Below are positions 9,503 to 17,709 of a stretch of DNA of 64,000 nucleotides, one piece after another. This stretch comes from Clostridiales bacterium (GTDB lineage Bacteria; Bacillota; Clostridia; Oscillospirales; CAG-382), in the NCBI GenBank assembly GCA_003343885.1, contig QAKH01000071.1:7357-71356 (forward strand), given 5' to 3'. The notes beneath the pieces were generated by a model. That model did not search any database. It was not told the DNA's origin and was given only the letters and a program-made list of their open reading frames with translations. Made by a program: the position numbers and the translations under genes. Each line of letters starts with the position of its first letter. Position 1 is the stretch's first letter.

Positions 9503-10054
9503 ATGGTTTACCTGTTTTTAGCAGACGGTTTTGAGGAAATTGAAGCATTGACTCAGGTCGATTACCTTAGAAGAGCCGGAATTGAGATTAAAACCTGTTC
9601 GGTAAGCGGAGAAATGTATGTTACCGGTTCAAAAGGTATTGTCGTTAAGGCCGATATGCCTTTGAGCGAGGCGTCCGTGTCTGAAGCTGATATGATTATT
9701 CTTCCGGGCGGCCTTGGAGGTGTTGACGGTATAAAATCAAGCGAGACCGCCATATCTATGATAAAAGAGGCTTCGGAGAAAGGAATACGCATAAGCGCAA
9801 TATGCGCAGCGCCTACCATTCTTGCGGGACTTGGAATTTTAAAGGGAAGAAAATGCGTATGTTATCCTTCTATGCTTGATATGCTTCATGAGGGCGGCGG
9901 AGTAGTATGCGAAGATAAATCGGTCGTCTGCGACGGAAATATTATAACTGCAAAAGCCGCCGGTGCATCGGAACAGTTCTCGTTTGCTATTATCTCTGCG
10001 CTTAAAGGAGATAATGCTGCAAATGCCGTTCGGGAGTCTATCTGTGCAAGGTAA
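9503..10054 (+). CDS. DJ-1/PfpI family protein
   Basis: Contains ADGFEEIE and LPGG..G, plus a nucleophile elbow AICAAP. ATG 9503 follows the RBS AAGGAG. Confidence 0.9.
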   Translation: MVYLFLADGFEEIEALTQVDYLRRAGIEIKTCSVSGEMYVTGSKGIVVKADMPLSEASVSEADMIILPGGLGGVDGIKSSETAISMIKEASEKGIRISAICAAPTILAGLGILKGRKCVCYPSMLDMLHEGGGVVCEDKSVVCDGNIITAKAAGASEQFSFAIISALKGDNAANAVRESICAR

Positions 10055-10667
10055 GGCTGTCGGCATACGCTCTGTTCAGGATATACGTGCTGAGAAGCAT
10101 GAGCTCAGGACTCTTAATTTACGTAAGCGCGCTGAAATTGATGCGTGTTTCAGATTGGAATGTGACAAAAAAATCGAAGAGTTGCTGTTAAAATCAGCTT
10201 CTTACCGGTATACAAAAAAAATCCTGCTTTACGCTTCTGCAAAAGGGGAGCCGGACACGATGAATTTTGCGTCCAAAGCTATTTTGGACGGTCGTGAGTT
10301 GTACTTCCCGAAGTCATACGCAAAAGGCATAATGCGTTTCTTCAAGGTGTCTGACCTTGGTAAGTTAACTGCCGGTAAATTCGGGATACTTGAGCCTTCA
10401 GAGGATAGCGAGGAATACTCGGAAAGCATTAGCGGCACAGATTTGTGCATTGTTCCCGGACTTTGCTTTGACCTTTGCGGTTACCGGATAGGGTACGGTA
10501 AAGGATATTATGATCGGTTTTTGTCCGGCTTTTCCGGTGTGACTGTCGGATTGACGTATTCGTTACTTCTCTCGGATAATCCGCTCCCACGGGAAAAAAG
10601 GTACGACAAATCAGTCGATGTGATAATAACTGAAAGGGGTATAATCACGGTTGAAGGAAGAAAATAA
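10014..10667 (+). CDS. 5-formyltetrahydrofolate cyclo-ligase
   Basis: Contains the blocks IR.EK...R, P..D and VPGLCFD..G.RIGYGKGYYDRFL. The start is uncertain (ATG 10014 or 10023) and the gene overlaps the DJ-1 3' end. Confidence 0.85.
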   Translation: MLQMPFGSLSVQGKAVGIRSVQDIRAEKHELRTLNLRKRAEIDACFRLECDKKIEELLLKSASYRYTKKILLYASAKGEPDTMNFASKAILDGRELYFPKSYAKGIMRFFKVSDLGKLTAGKFGILEPSEDSEEYSESISGTDLCIVPGLCFDLCGYRIGYGKGYYDRFLSGFSGVTVGLTYSLLLSDNPLPREKRYDKSVDVIITERGIITVEGRK

Positions 10668-11865
10668 GCATTTATTTACACAAGAACCGGATGCGCCTGA
10701 TAACGACAGCTCATCCGACAGCGCTGTAAATAATACCCCAAAAAAGCCGACGCCAAATACATATAAGTTCAGGCCTACTGCCGCCCGTGCAGTACCTCAG
10801 GCAAAGGTGTATAAGGTCGGTTTTATATCCGTATATGTTGTTTTTGCCATTTCTTTCGCTCTTGCTCTCTGTAATTATCTGTTGCTTTCAAAAACTAATT
10901 TTTATGATGGCTTTGATGGGCTGCGCTCTGATATTTTACAGGCAATAGCCTTGGTTATTGTGTACGTAATTCCGTCAGTAATATATTCTGCGGCAGTAAA
11001 AAAAGAAAAAACAACTTTGCTCGGCATCCGGCGTTTTTCGTCATCATATTCGGGCTTTATAATAGCCGGAGTGTTTTTTGCCATAATTCTCTCGGCAACT
11101 GCAAAGTTTTCACTTGCGCATTTTTTCTCTGTAATACCGCCTGTGTCAAATGTGCGGCTTACAGATAGCCAAAATCCATTGCTAACCATACTGTTTTATG
11201 CCGTCATTCCGGCACTGTGTGAGGAAATTTTCTTCCGTGGAGTTCTTCAGACAGAGATTACTAAGAAAGCCGGAGGCTTTGCAGGCATTATTGTGTCTGC
11301 ACTTTCTTACGCACTCGTTCAATTTGATTTTGAATATTTTCCGATTTACTTCCTTTCAGGCGCAGTTCTTGCGCTTACAATGCATGTAACAGGTTCCGTA
11401 ATACCCTGTGTTGTAATAAGTATTTCAACGGAGATTGCGTCAATGCTGTTTTCCGTACAGCTTGGTTTTATTGCATCGGAGCGTACAGGCAACACGCTTG
11501 TAATAGTCGTTCTTGTTTTGCTGCTGCTGTTGATATTTATTTTTTACTTGAAGAGCCTTGAAATTGTTTGTATAAAAAAAGCAGTTTCGGCAGAGATAGC
11601 TATAAAAGAATCAGTCCGAGAAAATGTAAACATATCTCCGGCAGAAACAGACGAAAACTCGTCGGGTGAAACGAGGGCGCATAGTGTTAATCAAAGCCGG
11701 AAGGCGGTAAGCGATAGGGATAAATATTTGAGCGTGCATTTTTACTCTACGCCTTTTCGGATGTTTTCTGACAGCGGATATACTTTTCACAAGTTTTTGC
11801 GAGTGCTTTTCTCACCGGCTATCATTGCTGCGGCAATAGTATTTTGTTTGGCAACTTTGCTCTAA
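10651..11865 (+). CDS. CPBP (CAAX) family intramembrane metalloprotease
   Basis: A polytopic membrane protein with the EEIFFRG motif. It has a TTG start. Confidence 0.8.
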   Translation: MKEENKHLFTQEPDAPDNDSSSDSAVNNTPKKPTPNTYKFRPTAARAVPQAKVYKVGFISVYVVFAISFALALCNYLLLSKTNFYDGFDGLRSDILQAIALVIVYVIPSVIYSAAVKKEKTTLLGIRRFSSSYSGFIIAGVFFAIILSATAKFSLAHFFSVIPPVSNVRLTDSQNPLLTILFYAVIPALCEEIFFRGVLQTEITKKAGGFAGIIVSALSYALVQFDFEYFPIYFLSGAVLALTMHVTGSVIPCVVISISTEIASMLFSVQLGFIASERTGNTLVIVVLVLLLLLIFIFYLKSLEIVCIKKAVSAEIAIKESVRENVNISPAETDENSSGETRAHSVNQSRKAVSDRDKYLSVHFYSTPFRMFSDSGYTFHKFLRVLFSPAIIAAAIVFCLATLL

Positions 11866-11904
11866 TGGCTAATTCATTCTAACAATTTTACTGTTAAAGT
11901 TTTA

Positions 11905-11937
11905 ACCCGGAATTTCATCTGAAATTCCGGGTTTTTG
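11905..11937 (+). terminator. intrinsic terminator after the CPBP gene
   Basis: Stem ACCCGGAATTTC/GAAATTCCGGGT followed by TTTTT. Confidence 0.85.
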
Positions 11938-11987
11938 CAATAATTGAAGAACATATGATGAGTGTTATATATGAGCACGCTGCATGC

Positions 11988-12016
11988 TTGACAAAGAAAT
12001 GCGGTGATGGTATAAA
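11988..12016 (+). promoter_or_regulatory. strong sigma-A-type promoter candidate at the edge of the AT-rich islet
   Basis: TTGACA (11988-11993), a 17-nt spacer ending in TGG, then TATAAA (12011-12016). Confidence 0.45.
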
Positions 12017-12203
12017 TAATATGTATACATATACAAATTTAGAAAGTATATCTGCGGAAATGGATATCATGAGTAACTAGATAACCTTTGAGTATGATGA
12101 CTTGAAGCGAGTTATGCAACAACAGGCTCCGGGGGGTGAAAGATAAAACGAAACTATCCTTTATTCTACTGTAAATTTTTCCCTGTGAAGTAGGCGGTGC
12201 AAT

Positions 12204-12560
12204 TTGAGTGATTACTATTCCACGAGTTTCCGTAGAAAAATTAGAACAATTAGTTCAAAAATATGGGTATTTAAAAATGCAAACGTAGAGTTTTTTGGAA
12301 AGGAATATAATGCTAAAATATTAAATGAGGACTTCATGATTATCATTCCTAAGAAAAATTTTAGTTTATATGTTAACTCGTTTTTACCTGACATAATTAT
12401 TTCTGACATTTGTGATGATACTTGTACAAAGTTTGAGTTTGTTTTACCCAAAGTTGTCAGATTTATTTTAATGATATTTACCTTATCATTGCTGTTATTG
12501 CAATTGAGAACAAAAGTGATCAACACACTAATCATTATATATTGTGGAAAGGAATTTTGA
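12204..12560 (+). CDS. hypothetical protein (C-terminal hydrophobic segment)
   Basis: 118-aa ORF with a TTG start and a weak RBS. It ends 3 nt before the next gene and is very AT-rich. Confidence 0.3.
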   Translation: MSDYYSTSFRRKIRTISSKIWVFKNANVEFFGKEYNAKILNEDFMIIIPKKNFSLYVNSFLPDIIISDICDDTCTKFEFVLPKVVRFILMIFTLSLLLLQLRTKVINTLIIIYCGKEF

Positions 12561-12563
12561 ATT

Positions 12564-13124
12564 ATGCAAATACACAGAAAGACAAGAGTTCTGTATACCT
12601 TATTACTCATTATAATTATGCTGTTTTCGCTTTGTGCTTGTATGCACAAAAATCCAACATTAAAGATATTAAGCGTTTCGGATAAATATTCTATCAAAGA
12701 AATGTATAATCTGGCTGAGGATTACGTTACTACTTATATTGGTGACAATTACGAATTATTTAAATTGAGTATGACGTTAGATAAAACGACAGGAGAAGAA
12801 AAGGCTGAATTTATATATACAAAAAGAACTAAAATATTCAGAGATGTCTGTTTCGTCAGATTTAACATATCAGAAGGTGAAATAAGCAGTTCTATGCAAT
12901 CAGAAGCACAGCGCCTTTATGGAAGAGATATTATTGTAGATGTTCCTAATTGGACTGTTGATACATCTGAATTGCTGCAAACTACTGATTTGTTATGGAA
13001 TCGAGCAGAAATTGAAACGTTCTATAACGATGTTAGAATAACGTTTTACAAGGATGATTATAAGTTCTATGTATGTCAGTTAAACCCTGCAACAAAAGAA
13101 GTAGTCGGTGAAATTTTCGGATGA
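12564..13124 (+). CDS. hypothetical lipoprotein
   Basis: RBS GGAAAGGAA. The signal peptide has a lipobox-like LFSLCAC. Confidence 0.55.
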   Translation: MQIHRKTRVLYTLLLIIIMLFSLCACMHKNPTLKILSVSDKYSIKEMYNLAEDYVTTYIGDNYELFKLSMTLDKTTGEEKAEFIYTKRTKIFRDVCFVRFNISEGEISSSMQSEAQRLYGRDIIVDVPNWTVDTSELLQTTDLLWNRAEIETFYNDVRITFYKDDYKFYVCQLNPATKEVVGEIFG

Positions 13125-13509
13125 TGCATGCTTGACTGGCTATAAAGCTAAGTTGTGTATTAACCTCAAGATAAGAAGTAAATAATTCGAAGTTTACCAG
13201 AGTAATATCTGAAGACATGTCAGACTTTATTATTTGGAATGAAACAGCACTTTAAAATTTAGCCGGGTATTTAAAAGAAAACGATTATATAATATAATTT
13301 GGTTCGCATTCTTTATTGCATATTACAATTGCAAACAGCTCCTGCCCAAAACAATGTAACTTATCATGAAACATACTATTGAAATATATCATGCGTTTTT
13401 TAATAAAATTTATTTTAAATTTTGTTAATATTTTTTCGATAGATAAAAAGACGAGAATGTTATAAAATTGACAAGGATAGATAGTTTTGGAGAAATGTGA
13501 TGTGGTTAA

Positions 13510-14664
13510 ATGAACAAACAATATAGACTGTTGATTTTGCTTGTGACGGTTGTTGTTTTTGTCACAGGCTGCGGTGAATTTGATAGGAGTGCCGAAGAAA
13601 AAAAGATCAAAATTGTTGTCTTGGGGGATAAAGAAAATTTTTATCCCGACTTTGAATTGGCGGTAAATGACGCAGTTGGTGATTTGCAAAACGAATACGG
13701 CGATTTGAAGTATGATTTCGAAGTCGTTTTCTATGACGATGACGATGATTACAATAAGGGAATGCAGTACGTTGACACAGCCGTAAAAGACAGCGAAGTA
13801 ACAGCGGTAATCGGTTCGGTTAATAGGGAAATAAACAAAACCGCAGCAAAAATGTGTGAGGAAAACGGTAAAATATTTGTAACTCCGTATTTTTTGTACG
13901 ACAGTGTTTTTCAGGATAACCAATACAGCATGGCATTTTCTATGTGCATATCTGCAAGAAATGTCGGAAGACTGCTGAGAAATGCCGCCGTAAAAACTAC
14001 TGCTGAAAAATGGGCTGTTTGTACGTCGGACACAACTTTTGAGATGGAGGAAACAAGGGGATTCGTCTTTGATGAACAGGACGGAGTTACAGTAATAGAC
14101 TGCGTTGATATAGATGATTTAATAAATAATTTTGATAATGTTTTGAACCGCTGGAAATTACTTGGTATAGAAGGACTGGTAATGTTTCCGGAGGATGATG
14201 AGGGCTTTGATATACTGAAAAAAATAAAAGCGGTAATTCCGGATTTGACAGCCGCCGGCGATACGGCGTTTGATAATTCAGCTCTTTTGGATAACGACGA
14301 GGAGTTGCGCAGTATAATGAGCGGCTTTATAATGGCTGATGAATTTTATTTTCCGGAGCGTATGACGCCGGACCGGGAGAGAGAATATATTGCCTTGAGC
14401 GATCGATATTCGCTTAACCATGAAGGTTACATAGACATTTGGTATTTTCAGGGGTATAACGCCGTCAGAATGATAGGAGATACGGCTGTTAAAGCAGAAA
14501 CGGATGATCCGGAAACAATCGCAAAAACATTGCATGAGGAAGGGTATGACGGATACGTGCAAAGTTTTAAGTTTCAGAAAAATGGATTGTCGGAATCCGA
14601 GCTAGATTACTATGGGATTATGAATGATGACGGATACTTTGAAATAAAGTATCTCGATGAGTAG
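13510..14664 (+). CDS. type-1 periplasmic-binding-protein-like (Leu/Ile/Val-binding family-like) lipoprotein
   Basis: The signal peptide carries the lipobox VTGC. The blocks KIVVLGD, VTAVIGS and KIFVTP follow the Peripla_BP_6 layout as I recall it. Confidence 0.7.
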   Translation: MNKQYRLLILLVTVVVFVTGCGEFDRSAEEKKIKIVVLGDKENFYPDFELAVNDAVGDLQNEYGDLKYDFEVVFYDDDDDYNKGMQYVDTAVKDSEVTAVIGSVNREINKTAAKMCEENGKIFVTPYFLYDSVFQDNQYSMAFSMCISARNVGRLLRNAAVKTTAEKWAVCTSDTTFEMEETRGFVFDEQDGVTVIDCVDIDDLINNFDNVLNRWKLLGIEGLVMFPEDDEGFDILKKIKAVIPDLTAAGDTAFDNSALLDNDEELRSIMSGFIMADEFYFPERMTPDREREYIALSDRYSLNHEGYIDIWYFQGYNAVRMIGDTAVKAETDDPETIAKTLHEEGYDGYVQSFKFQKNGLSESELDYYGIMNDDGYFEIKYLDE

Positions 14665-14668
14665 GTAA

Positions 14669-15556
14669 ATGATTATGAGCTTTTTCAGAAAAGAAGCGTT
14701 GGATAACTTCGAAACGGATGCAAATCAGTTTAAAAGCGTAAAATCCATTCACTTGCATGTATGGCTGTTGATACTTTTGTTAACTGTATGCTGTGCTTTT
14801 TTTGTTTATTGGCTGGTGTTTGGCACAATTAATGAAACTTTGTCGGTACAGTGTGTCGTGTGGCCGTATGAAAAGGTGAATAATGTTTATTCTTCAGTAA
14901 ACGGAGAAATATCAAAAGTCCTTGTGCAAGAGGGTACATTTGTTGAGACGGGAGATATCTTGGCAGTGCTCCCCCAGAATGAACTTTTAGCGAGTATATC
15001 TCAGCAGAAATCTATTGCGCCGGAAGATCAGGAGCAAATATCTGCCCTCCGGCGCCAGTATATAGCTGTTTCACTGGTCCGTGCGAAAACAACAGGAATT
15101 GTCACATATGTCGCCGACGAGCATAGCTATGCCGAAAAGGGAACTAAAATTGCCGAAATTGCGCCATTTGATAAGAACGGCAATGACCGCACTCTTGTAG
15201 CTTACCTGCCGGCAGATAAGATGGGACTTTTGTCGCTTGGTATGGAAGTACAGGTAACGCCGGAATATCTCTCAAGAGCAGGCAGTGGGTTTGCAGTCGG
15301 GTACTTGTCTGAAATATCCGATGTATCGGTAAAAGGCGAAGAAATAAAGTCGGACGACACAATTATGTTTACGTCAAACATGACTGAGAGCGAAAGCTAT
15401 GTAAAAGTAGAAATCACACTTCTGCCGGATAGTACAAATCCGGGAAATCTGAAGTGGTCGAGAGCAGAAAGCCGGAATATAGATTTTGAGATAGGCACTG
15501 TTTGCAGCGGAAATATTGTTATTCATCAATCGAATCCGCTTAATTGGCTGTTTTAG
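14669..15556 (+). CDS. short HlyD-family bacteriocin-secretion accessory protein
   Basis: The N-terminal FRKEALD is followed by a single TM and a barrel-sandwich block G.I..V.V.EG..V..GD.L. It starts 4 nt after the SBP gene. Confidence 0.75.
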   Translation: MIMSFFRKEALDNFETDANQFKSVKSIHLHVWLLILLLTVCCAFFVYWLVFGTINETLSVQCVVWPYEKVNNVYSSVNGEISKVLVQEGTFVETGDILAVLPQNELLASISQQKSIAPEDQEQISALRRQYIAVSLVRAKTTGIVTYVADEHSYAEKGTKIAEIAPFDKNGNDRTLVAYLPADKMGLLSLGMEVQVTPEYLSRAGSGFAVGYLSEISDVSVKGEEIKSDDTIMFTSNMTESESYVKVEITLLPDSTNPGNLKWSRAESRNIDFEIGTVCSGNIVIHQSNPLNWLF

Positions 15557-15565
15557 GAGAAACGT

Positions 15566-17707
15566 ATGAAAAAAGGCAAAAAAATCAGACCGATACTCCA
15601 AATGGAAAATATGGAGTGCGCAGCAGCTTGTCTCGGAATGATTTTGGATTATTACGGAAAGAAAGTGCCAATTGAAGAATTGAGACAGGAATGCGGCGTC
15701 ACCAAAAATGGGGTAAATGCCGCATATTTGGCTAAAGCTGCCATGCACCACGGCTTGGAGGTCAAAGCTTTCAGAGTCGAGCCCCGGCAGTTAAAAACGG
15801 CAAATCTCCCGGCAATTATCCATTGGAATATGGATCACTTCATAGTTTTGTGCTCCTTTTCCAAAAAAGGCGCGTTAGTCGCAGATCCGGCAGTAGGGTT
15901 GAGAACAGTTTCATATGAGGAGTTAAACATCTATTTTACCGGTATTGTACTGGAATTTTCTCCCGGAGAATCTTTTGAAAAGGGAATAAATACAAAAAAA
16001 TCCGATTATATAAGACGCTGTGTAAATAAGGTTGTTAAATATTACGGCGTGTTTCTGTTAATAGAATTATGCACAGTTATTGCCGGAATATCAGTTATGT
16101 TTATAAATTCCGCATATATTGATAACGTGCTTGAAAGCAGAAATACGGAAAATTTAAAAATAATACTTTTTGTTCTGTTTTTTGCCGGCGGCATTTCGCT
16201 GTTTGCATCAATTCTTGCGGCAGGAATAAGAATTAGACTCGGCAAAAAACTTAATATGTATATTAACTCCGGATTTATAACAAAAATGTTAAAGCTGCCC
16301 ATGGCGTTTTACGAGCAAAGAAACGGCGGCGAGCTTGCGGGAAGACAAAGCGACGCCATGTCAATGGGCCGGAATATATCGGATACCCTTTTTGTGGTTT
16401 GTATTTCGATAATACGTATTTTGGTTTATGCCGGATTGCTTTGTGTGCTTAATGTAAAAATAGCCGTAATAGGTATTTTAGCTTCACTCGTCAATGCTTT
16501 TGTTCTTTTAAAAAGTACAAAAACAAGACAGCATGTCACAAATCAGTATTTGAGAGATATGGGCGCCTTAGAGGACGACGTTTCTAAGACTATCGGCATG
16601 ATTGAAACAATAAAGTCGTCGGGAGCGGAAGACGCGGCATTCGCACGGCTGCTTGCAAAAGGCAATCGGATAATGAATAATAATGTTAACCTTGAGAAGC
16701 TGACAGTTGTGTCGGATAACCTGTTTACATACCTTAATTATATCGGTTCTGCCGCAGTTTTAATGACAGGTGTTTGGGAAATCCTGTCCGGAAGGATTAC
16801 CGTGGGATTGTTGGTGTCTTTGGGCGCACTGACTGACGCTTTGCTCTCTCCGTTGGAGATGTTGGCAGGTATTGGCAGAAATGCGGAAGAGATAAAATCG
16901 CAGTCTGACAGAATAGACGATATTATGAATTATCAAAGTGAAAAAGGTTTTCTGCCGGAAACGGAAGACGGAGCAAGCGTTATTGAAAAGGGAGAGGTTA
17001 CTCTAAAAGATATCTGCTTTGCTTATAATCCCATAGATAAAAATTTCATAGATAATTTCAATATGACAATATCTCCGGGAGAAAGCTTGGCAATTACCGG
17101 CAGAAGCGGAAGCGGCAAGTCAACAGTCGCAAGAATTATAGCCGGAATTTTGTCTGAAAATGCCGGAAAACTTATTTTTGACTCACACGATAAAAGTGAT
17201 TTTCATAAGTATTACTTTTATACAAAAGTCGCCTCAGTCAGTCAGAATATAAAACTGTTCGAGGGAAGCGTGTTTGATAATATCACAATGTGGGACGAAA
17301 CCATTGCGTATGATAAAGTCGTCGAAGCTGCGAAAACCGCTTGTATTCACGATGATATCATAGATAGAAAAAACGGATATTATGAACATGTCGCCGAAGG
17401 AGGAAAGAATTTTTCGGGGGGACAACGACAGAGAATCGAAATAGCCCGAGCTCTTGTAAAAGAACCTAAAGTCCTGATATTAGACGAAGCAACCTCGGCT
17501 ATTGACGCTGATACTGAAAATAAGATAATACAAAATATCAAAAATTCAGGTATCACAGTGATTATTATCGCACACCGACTTTCAACAATACGTGATTGCT
17601 CGTGTATTGTTGTTATGAAAAGCGGCAGGATTTCCGAGTTGGGAACGCATCAGGAACTGCTTGAGAAAAAGGGCGAGTATTATGATTTGGTCAGGAGTGA
17701 GAGATAA
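15566..17707 (+). CDS. peptidase C39 domain-containing ABC exporter (PCAT; NHLM-type ABC1-like)
   Basis: The N-terminal QMENMECAAACLGMILDYYG supplies the oxyanion Gln and catalytic Cys, and HWNMDHFIVL supplies the His. This is followed by 6 TMs and an NBD with GRSGSGKST, LSGGQRQR and ILDEATS. Confidence 0.9.
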   Translation: MKKGKKIRPILQMENMECAAACLGMILDYYGKKVPIEELRQECGVTKNGVNAAYLAKAAMHHGLEVKAFRVEPRQLKTANLPAIIHWNMDHFIVLCSFSKKGALVADPAVGLRTVSYEELNIYFTGIVLEFSPGESFEKGINTKKSDYIRRCVNKVVKYYGVFLLIELCTVIAGISVMFINSAYIDNVLESRNTENLKIILFVLFFAGGISLFASILAAGIRIRLGKKLNMYINSGFITKMLKLPMAFYEQRNGGELAGRQSDAMSMGRNISDTLFVVCISIIRILVYAGLLCVLNVKIAVIGILASLVNAFVLLKSTKTRQHVTNQYLRDMGALEDDVSKTIGMIETIKSSGAEDAAFARLLAKGNRIMNNNVNLEKLTVVSDNLFTYLNYIGSAAVLMTGVWEILSGRITVGLLVSLGALTDALLSPLEMLAGIGRNAEEIKSQSDRIDDIMNYQSEKGFLPETEDGASVIEKGEVTLKDICFAYNPIDKNFIDNFNMTISPGESLAITGRSGSGKSTVARIIAGILSENAGKLIFDSHDKSDFHKYYFYTKVASVSQNIKLFEGSVFDNITMWDETIAYDKVVEAAKTACIHDDIIDRKNGYYEHVAEGGKNFSGGQRQRIEIARALVKEPKVLILDEATSAIDADTENKIIQNIKNSGITVIIIAHRLSTIRDCSCIVVMKSGRISELGTHQELLEKKGEYYDLVRSER

Positions 17708-17709
17708 CA

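Noticed and set aside
11955-12080. 41-codon ORF MMSVIYEHAACLTKKCGDGINNMYTYTNLESISAEMDIMSN as a second small peptide gene
   Set aside because: It has no RBS and overlaps the promoter-like TTGACA/TATAAA element. It has no leader-like or GG motif.
11981-13136. 12-nt direct repeat TGCATGCTTGAC (11981-11992 and 13125-13136) flanking the two orphan genes, as a target-site duplication
   Set aside because: Identical 12-mers this close together are expected a few times by chance in 64 kb. There are no terminal inverted repeats, transposase or integrase, and both copies overlap -35-like TTGAC elements.
13285-13923. 212-aa minus-strand ORF
   Set aside because: It is antisense to the 5' end of the well-supported SBP lipoprotein gene and to its AT-rich upstream region. 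Its translation is low-complexity and Phe/Ile/Asn-rich, and it has no RBS.
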